Source: a virus (taxonomy: Duplodnaviria > Caudoviricetes). From it: 64,000 nucleotides of DNA. The notes beneath the pieces are model-generated. The model saw nothing but the letters and a program-made list of their open reading frames with translations, was not told the DNA's origin and did not search any database. The stretch's first letter is position 1, and each line of letters starts with the position of its first letter. The stretch spans positions 1 to 64,000 of the IMG/VR virus record IMGVR_UViG_3300035498_000575, one strand, 5' to 3'. The position numbers and the translations under genes are program-made. Shown in pieces: positions 60,501 through 64,000 of this stretch.

Positions 60501-62700
60501 ATTAGGTATCGGTATAGCTTCTAGTAGTGAAGACTTCAAGGAGAAAGTATTCGGTAAAGAAAATGAAAACGGTGAATACATTGAAGGGCTGATATCCAAG
60601 AAGACACAAGATTTCTTCAAAGAAAATAAATCTAATATTATCGGCGGTGCTGCTGTAGGTTTAACTAAAAATCTAATACTCGGTAGTAGCGGTGGTATAC
60701 TCGGAACTCTTGTAGGTGGTCCGATTGCAGGTGCATTATTGGGAGCAGGCTTTGGTATGATAAAGAAGTCTGAATCTTTCCAGAATTTATTGTACGGTAA
60801 AGAAGAGATAGACGAGAATGGAGTCAAGAAACGTGTTGGCGGCATATTAACCAAAATGCACGGTCCTAGTAAGGATGCTATGATTAAAGCCGCACGTATG
60901 GGTGCTACTGGTGCTATAGGTGGAGGTCTTATTGGAACTATGCTTGGTGGTCCTATTATGGGATCTCTTATCGGTCTATCCACAGGTATATTAGCAAGCG
61001 GAGATAAATTCCAAGATTTATTGTTTGGACCAAAGGATAGCGACGGTAAGCGTGACCCTAATAAGGGTATATTGAGTAGATTCACTAATTTTGCTAAAAT
61101 ATCTATTTTCAAACCTCTCGAAAATGCATTCAGTAACAGTGCTGCTATGATAAAGCATCACTTAAAATACAGTATAACCGAGCCTATCAAAATTGCTTTT
61201 TCACCACTTGCTGCTAAGATTAAGTCAAAAATTAATGACCTTAATGATTTAGGAAATACGATAAAAAGTAGTATAAAAAACGGTATAAAAGGTTTCTTTA
61301 GTGGTATATGGAGAAAAATCGTAAATAGTAAGTTAGGCCAAGGTATTGGTAAAATCCTCGGTGGGGCTGTGAAGTTACCTACCAAAATTTTAGGAGGAGC
61401 AGCCGAGACATTCAGGCGAGCAATGTATACTATTGGTGCGACCAATCAGGTTGCTGGTGTCATAGGAACAGGTATTTCTAATACTATTGGTGGTAAGGGT
61501 CTACTTAACATTGATAGATTCAAGGAAAACTTGAAGGGAACATCAATTGGACATGGCGGTGTGACCGCACTATTGAAATCTGGTGTTCAAAATATTGCGC
61601 ACGCTGGAAAAACACTCGTTAACTGGAAAGGTGATGGCGAGGAGAAAGGCACGTATGATAAAGCGCTTGAGGATGCTGGTTTACTAGACTCACATGTATT
61701 TGCGGGTATTAAAAAGAATGAACGTGAACGTAAAGCTGATTATGAAAGTATTAAGCGCCAAGCAAGGTATAATTCCGCAGTACAACAATATCAAAATGCT
61801 GTAATGGCAAGTACTGGATATAGTCTTCCAATGAATAAATACGGTTTAATTGATAATGATGCATTAAATGCAAGTATTAGTGAACGTGCTAAAAAAGAAA
61901 TGGAAGAGTATAACTCTAAGGCTAGGTCATTCTTTGGTAAGAAAAATCAGGCATATTTTGAAGATAAAATACGTAAAGATTTTGACAAGCGAACCAAGTC
62001 TGCAAGAAAAAATCTTGGTATTGACAGTACTGACATTGCTGATATTAATGAAGCTATCTTGAATCACGTTGATAGAGATAGTGGAAAGAGTATTAGAGAC
62101 TTAATGGAGGCTGATAAGCCAAAGACTGAGGAACAGCTAAGAGAAGAACAGAATGCAGTAGCTGAGGAGAAGTTCAGAACTGAAGTTATAGACACATTTA
62201 ATAGTGTAGGATCTGATGTTACTACTATCAGAGAAGAAATAATTAAGATTGAAGCTGCAAGACGAGCACAAGTAAACGGTACATCTATAGCACGAGCAGA
62301 GGAACAAACTCGAAACGATGTCGATCAAGCACAACAAGTTTTTGATAAAACTAGTGGCAACAATGAAGCTAAAAAGAAGGCGGCGAATGCTAGATTAAAG
62401 ACAGCTGCTAATTCTCATAAGAATGAAAACCGTGAACCTGTTGATAATCCAATACTTGGTGATTTTAGTGGGTTAGATACGGAAATGGGTGCTGAAGGTT
62501 TTGCTGATGGTACTGATAATGCTAAATCTGGTGTTAGAGTCGTTGGTGAACGTGGCCCTGAGCTTGTTAGATTTAGAGGTGGAGAATCAGTAACGGCTGC
62601 TAACAGGATACAGTCTGCGCTTGGAAGAGCATTCCGTAGTGATAGTGATTTGCATGTCAATAGAAGAACGTATGCTAAGTGTATTGATATCATTACGTAG
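57508..62700 (+). CDS. Giant tape-measure-like tail protein, N-terminal part
   Basis: Three Gly-rich hydrophobic GGP repeats; FADGT...VGERGPELV motif; late-type promoter at 57464-57475. Confidence 0.7.
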   Translation: MANNKRASTEVRRVAPNANWVNNALKSLGLSALNVAEEIMPTTYTTMHDSMGEANKYIQEMRKGKSSQQRISDTLKNNAIIKGADEIIKNGIKDLKSGNIYNKTRDNMTKNMMGDMGLDDLEDAFNDFDDIDFGDDIFTDEDDSTADSNTNVVVQNDNRVNVSPDSYSQAAALEPVTNAVTQAAVVQAQATQASNTVLVEMASRNLFQNKQLGTDVINKLSSIESHLSAMVQYNNESMSKYIEASIAYYDKALPKQKESEYQSANNDNALFGEKGELNIKNYLSGMKDSFMKSVGDTDLGSIISFLPMMKDMLADNPIGLILNASMKGMIPGLAKKSLTDLDNAFKSFTPALLEKFSDYTYQGDNDMVGTVMETLIRTLGRKEKNKTGIDVGAVTKENVAWDSISRHTLVEIIPKYLRESTAYLKAITATVTGDDDTSAILDSADIFNFKNGNYTTRKKLQRDYFEEIEDSAVDSFDRSSFSKALSTAGGVLDRDDRSSYDDLVKQFKFKLVQGNKRIDRENNPESIRALIDGLTGDDKYKELLMSAIMNMSNSDFMSGDAARRAGVRSYAQKLEEIEKNPADYRLYDIYDSASLNNKNVKNDVYKFQQQRANRNFVTDAPEPVNEVSVSINRLPGSLGNGPVAILGDIREILLRGINVRVDRASSKLYGRNIPDYIEHLEQPNFVGPVPQRTNNNQDTNSYTTNEPTESHTEDVDKAEVVRGQYDEEVINAFESEEWYENYKASNGSDSILGDIAPASVREKRTELGEKAQRQSEKAKNMMYNIIYGGADQAVNAMLTNLSEKAIDAGTKLFDSFVKPVVGYVFEDDEENGRVSIATRVENTISDAGKGIQYYLFGKGYTKSDGTEVAGMNADQIKEESFAGRMKTMFGTTVSSINEYLFGKEDTEEDSNKPKLSLTQKMTNIAVDSMMDWRDVVFGEESERTPEARTEAIEKTKKFAMKAIPNTLVSTAAITGIGALSGGSLLGAALGGPLGSIIGLGIGIASSSEDFKEKVFGKENENGEYIEGLISKKTQDFFKENKSNIIGGAAVGLTKNLILGSSGGILGTLVGGPIAGALLGAGFGMIKKSESFQNLLYGKEEIDENGVKKRVGGILTKMHGPSKDAMIKAARMGATGAIGGGLIGTMLGGPIMGSLIGLSTGILASGDKFQDLLFGPKDSDGKRDPNKGILSRFTNFAKISIFKPLENAFSNSAAMIKHHLKYSITEPIKIAFSPLAAKIKSKINDLNDLGNTIKSSIKNGIKGFFSGIWRKIVNSKLGQGIGKILGGAVKLPTKILGGAAETFRRAMYTIGATNQVAGVIGTGISNTIGGKGLLNIDRFKENLKGTSIGHGGVTALLKSGVQNIAHAGKTLVNWKGDGEEKGTYDKALEDAGLLDSHVFAGIKKNERERKADYESIKRQARYNSAVQQYQNAVMASTGYSLPMNKYGLIDNDALNASISERAKKEMEEYNSKARSFFGKKNQAYFEDKIRKDFDKRTKSARKNLGIDSTDIADINEAILNHVDRDSGKSIRDLMEADKPKTEEQLREEQNAVAEEKFRTEVIDTFNSVGSDVTTIREEIIKIEAARRAQVNGTSIARAEEQTRNDVDQAQQVFDKTSGNNEAKKKAANARLKTAANSHKNENREPVDNPILGDFSGLDTEMGAEGFADGTDNAKSGVRVVGERGPELVRFRGGESVTAANRIQSALGRAFRSDSDLHVNRRTYAKCIDIIT

Positions 62701-64000
62701 TATAATAACAGGTCAATCACCTGACAAGCAGTTTACATTAAGCACATTAAATTCTTTATTGAAGAGTGGAGTTAATGGAGTTGCTGAGTTTGTAAAACAT
62801 CCTATAAAGACAACTGGTAATATATCTAGAAAAGTTGCTGGGGTGGCTAAGGGTGCTGTTGGTAAGATTGGTAGTGTTGTTGGTTCAATGACATCATCAA
62901 TGAGTTCATTATTTGGTAGCTCACCATCTGAAGAACCTGAAACAGATGATGAATACTATGATAGTTCTAGAACTGAAAAATCTGACACACACGAAGAGCT
63001 ACAAATGGCTCAACTAGAAGCGTCTGGTATAAGTTCTGAAGAAGCTGATAAAATTCGTGATCAAATGGTAACTGAGCAAAGAGAAGCTGATGCAGAAGCA
63101 AGTTATAAGGATGTATCTAGCAAGAGCTATCAGAATCATGAGAAGACCAAACGACAAGAAGATGCACAACTAGCTACTATAAATACATCTGAAAAGATGG
63201 AAGAGCTAACTACTATTCAAAAAGATCATAGTGCTGTTTGGTCAAATATATTTGGTCCTAAGGGTAAGGTAGCGGCTTTACTACTTATTGCGGCTCCATT
63301 ACTAATAACTATATTAAAGAAATTGAAGAATTTCAGCCTGGAGAATTTATTATCCAGCTTGTTTGGTGGTCTAGGATCGACGTTGAGTAGTTTGTTCGGT
63401 AACGTTGGTACACTGCTAAAAAATATTATATCAGCTATTCCTTCAGCGTTATCAACAGGACTCAGTACAGGTGTTAGTACATACGAGACACAAACAGAGA
63501 ATGGTGCTACTGATGGAAATGGTAATGTTGTTAGTGCAAGTGAAAATGCAATTAATCAAGCAGGCAATATACTATCAAGTACAGGAGATGCTATATCAGA
63601 TGCGGCTAGTCTTAACATTGCTGACGCAGCACTTGATTTACATACAGCCGCACACGGAGACACTGTAGGAAATAATGAAATAACAACAACTACAGAATCT
63701 GTCAATAAACTTGAAGCTAAAACTATTATTAAGGGGACTAGTAAAGGATATAAGGCAGTTAAGGCTGTAGGTAGTAGTGTTGACAATGCTGTCCAAGCTA
63801 CACTAAGTGGTAATTCAACTCTAGGTCAGAGAATAACAACGAGTGTTGTTGTAGCATCCGATCAGGCAGCTCAAAAGGGCGTGCAGTACTTTGAGTCATT
63901 ATTCACTAAACTTGTTAATAAGTTTGCCGAAACAAGTGTGGGTAAAAAGCTAGAACAATCAGTGTTTAAAGATATTGTCGATACAGTAATGACTAAGCTA
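62654..64000 (+). CDS. +1-frame continuation of the tape-measure-like protein, runs off the right edge (not in ORF track)
   Basis: Frame open from 62594 to the window end: MSIEERMLSVLISLRSIITG...; same G/S/T/A-rich character. Confidence 0.75.
   Translation, partial: MSIEERMLSVLISLRSIITGQSPDKQFTLSTLNSLLKSGVNGVAEFVKHPIKTTGNISRKVAGVAKGAVGKIGSVVGSMTSSMSSLFGSSPSEEPETDDEYYDSSRTEKSDTHEELQMAQLEASGISSEEADKIRDQMVTEQREADAEASYKDVSSKSYQNHEKTKRQEDAQLATINTSEKMEELTTIQKDHSAVWSNIFGPKGKVAALLLIAAPLLITILKKLKNFSLENLLSSLFGGLGSTLSSLFGNVGTLLKNIISAIPSALSTGLSTGVSTYETQTENGATDGNGNVVSASENAINQAGNILSSTGDAISDAASLNIADAALDLHTAAHGDTVGNNEITTTTESVNKLEAKTIIKGTSKGYKAVKAVGSSVDNAVQATLSGNSTLGQRITTSVVVASDQAAQKGVQYFESLFTKLVNKFAETSVGKKLEQSVFKDIVDTVMTKL

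Noticed and set aside
60261-61112. 283-aa antisense ORF and the other antisense ORFs in the track (e.g. 12911-13375, 18550-19098)
   Set aside because: Shadows of well-supported genes on the opposite strand, with no RBS or recognisable motifs
62698-62724. TAG stop-codon reassignment explaining the broken tail gene
   Set aside because: Read-through hits TGA eight codons later; other genes end normally at TAG; the continuation is in the +1 frame

Overview
AT-rich segment of a large lytic phage genome, most like AR9/PBS1/phiKZ-type jumbo phages. Strong GGAGG ribosome-binding sites, a GH25-SH3 endolysin, an SPP1-type holin and a class III (anaerobic) RNR point to an anaerobic Firmicute host (inference). 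The window contains: a head module (prohead protease plus acidic or paralogous head proteins); type II topoisomerase A and B subunits; baseplate and structural genes; a stand-alone PolB-like palm protein; a kinase-like protein; two HNH paralogs; guanylate kinase; NrdD with two mini-inteins; an RNA polymerase beta subunit; RNase HI; and a giant tape-measure-like gene broken by a +1 frameshift. Two phage promoter motifs recur in intergenic DNA: (A/T)ACA-N6-TA (AR9 late-type) and TTATATATTATA (early-type). The most unusual items are: (1) two transposase-free TnpB-like RuvC nucleases wired into phage transcription, one full length with a candidate omegaRNA and one lacking the RNA-binding lobe; (2) a mirror-image GC-rich hairpin pair upstream of the first TnpB-like gene; (3) cassette-like head-protein genes with constant leaders/N-termini, variable C-termini and one empty cassette; (4) a degenerate tandem ThyX-like protein; (5) an acidic protein with repeated EndoIII-type Fe-S motifs. 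All family calls come from motifs read by eye; no searches were run.
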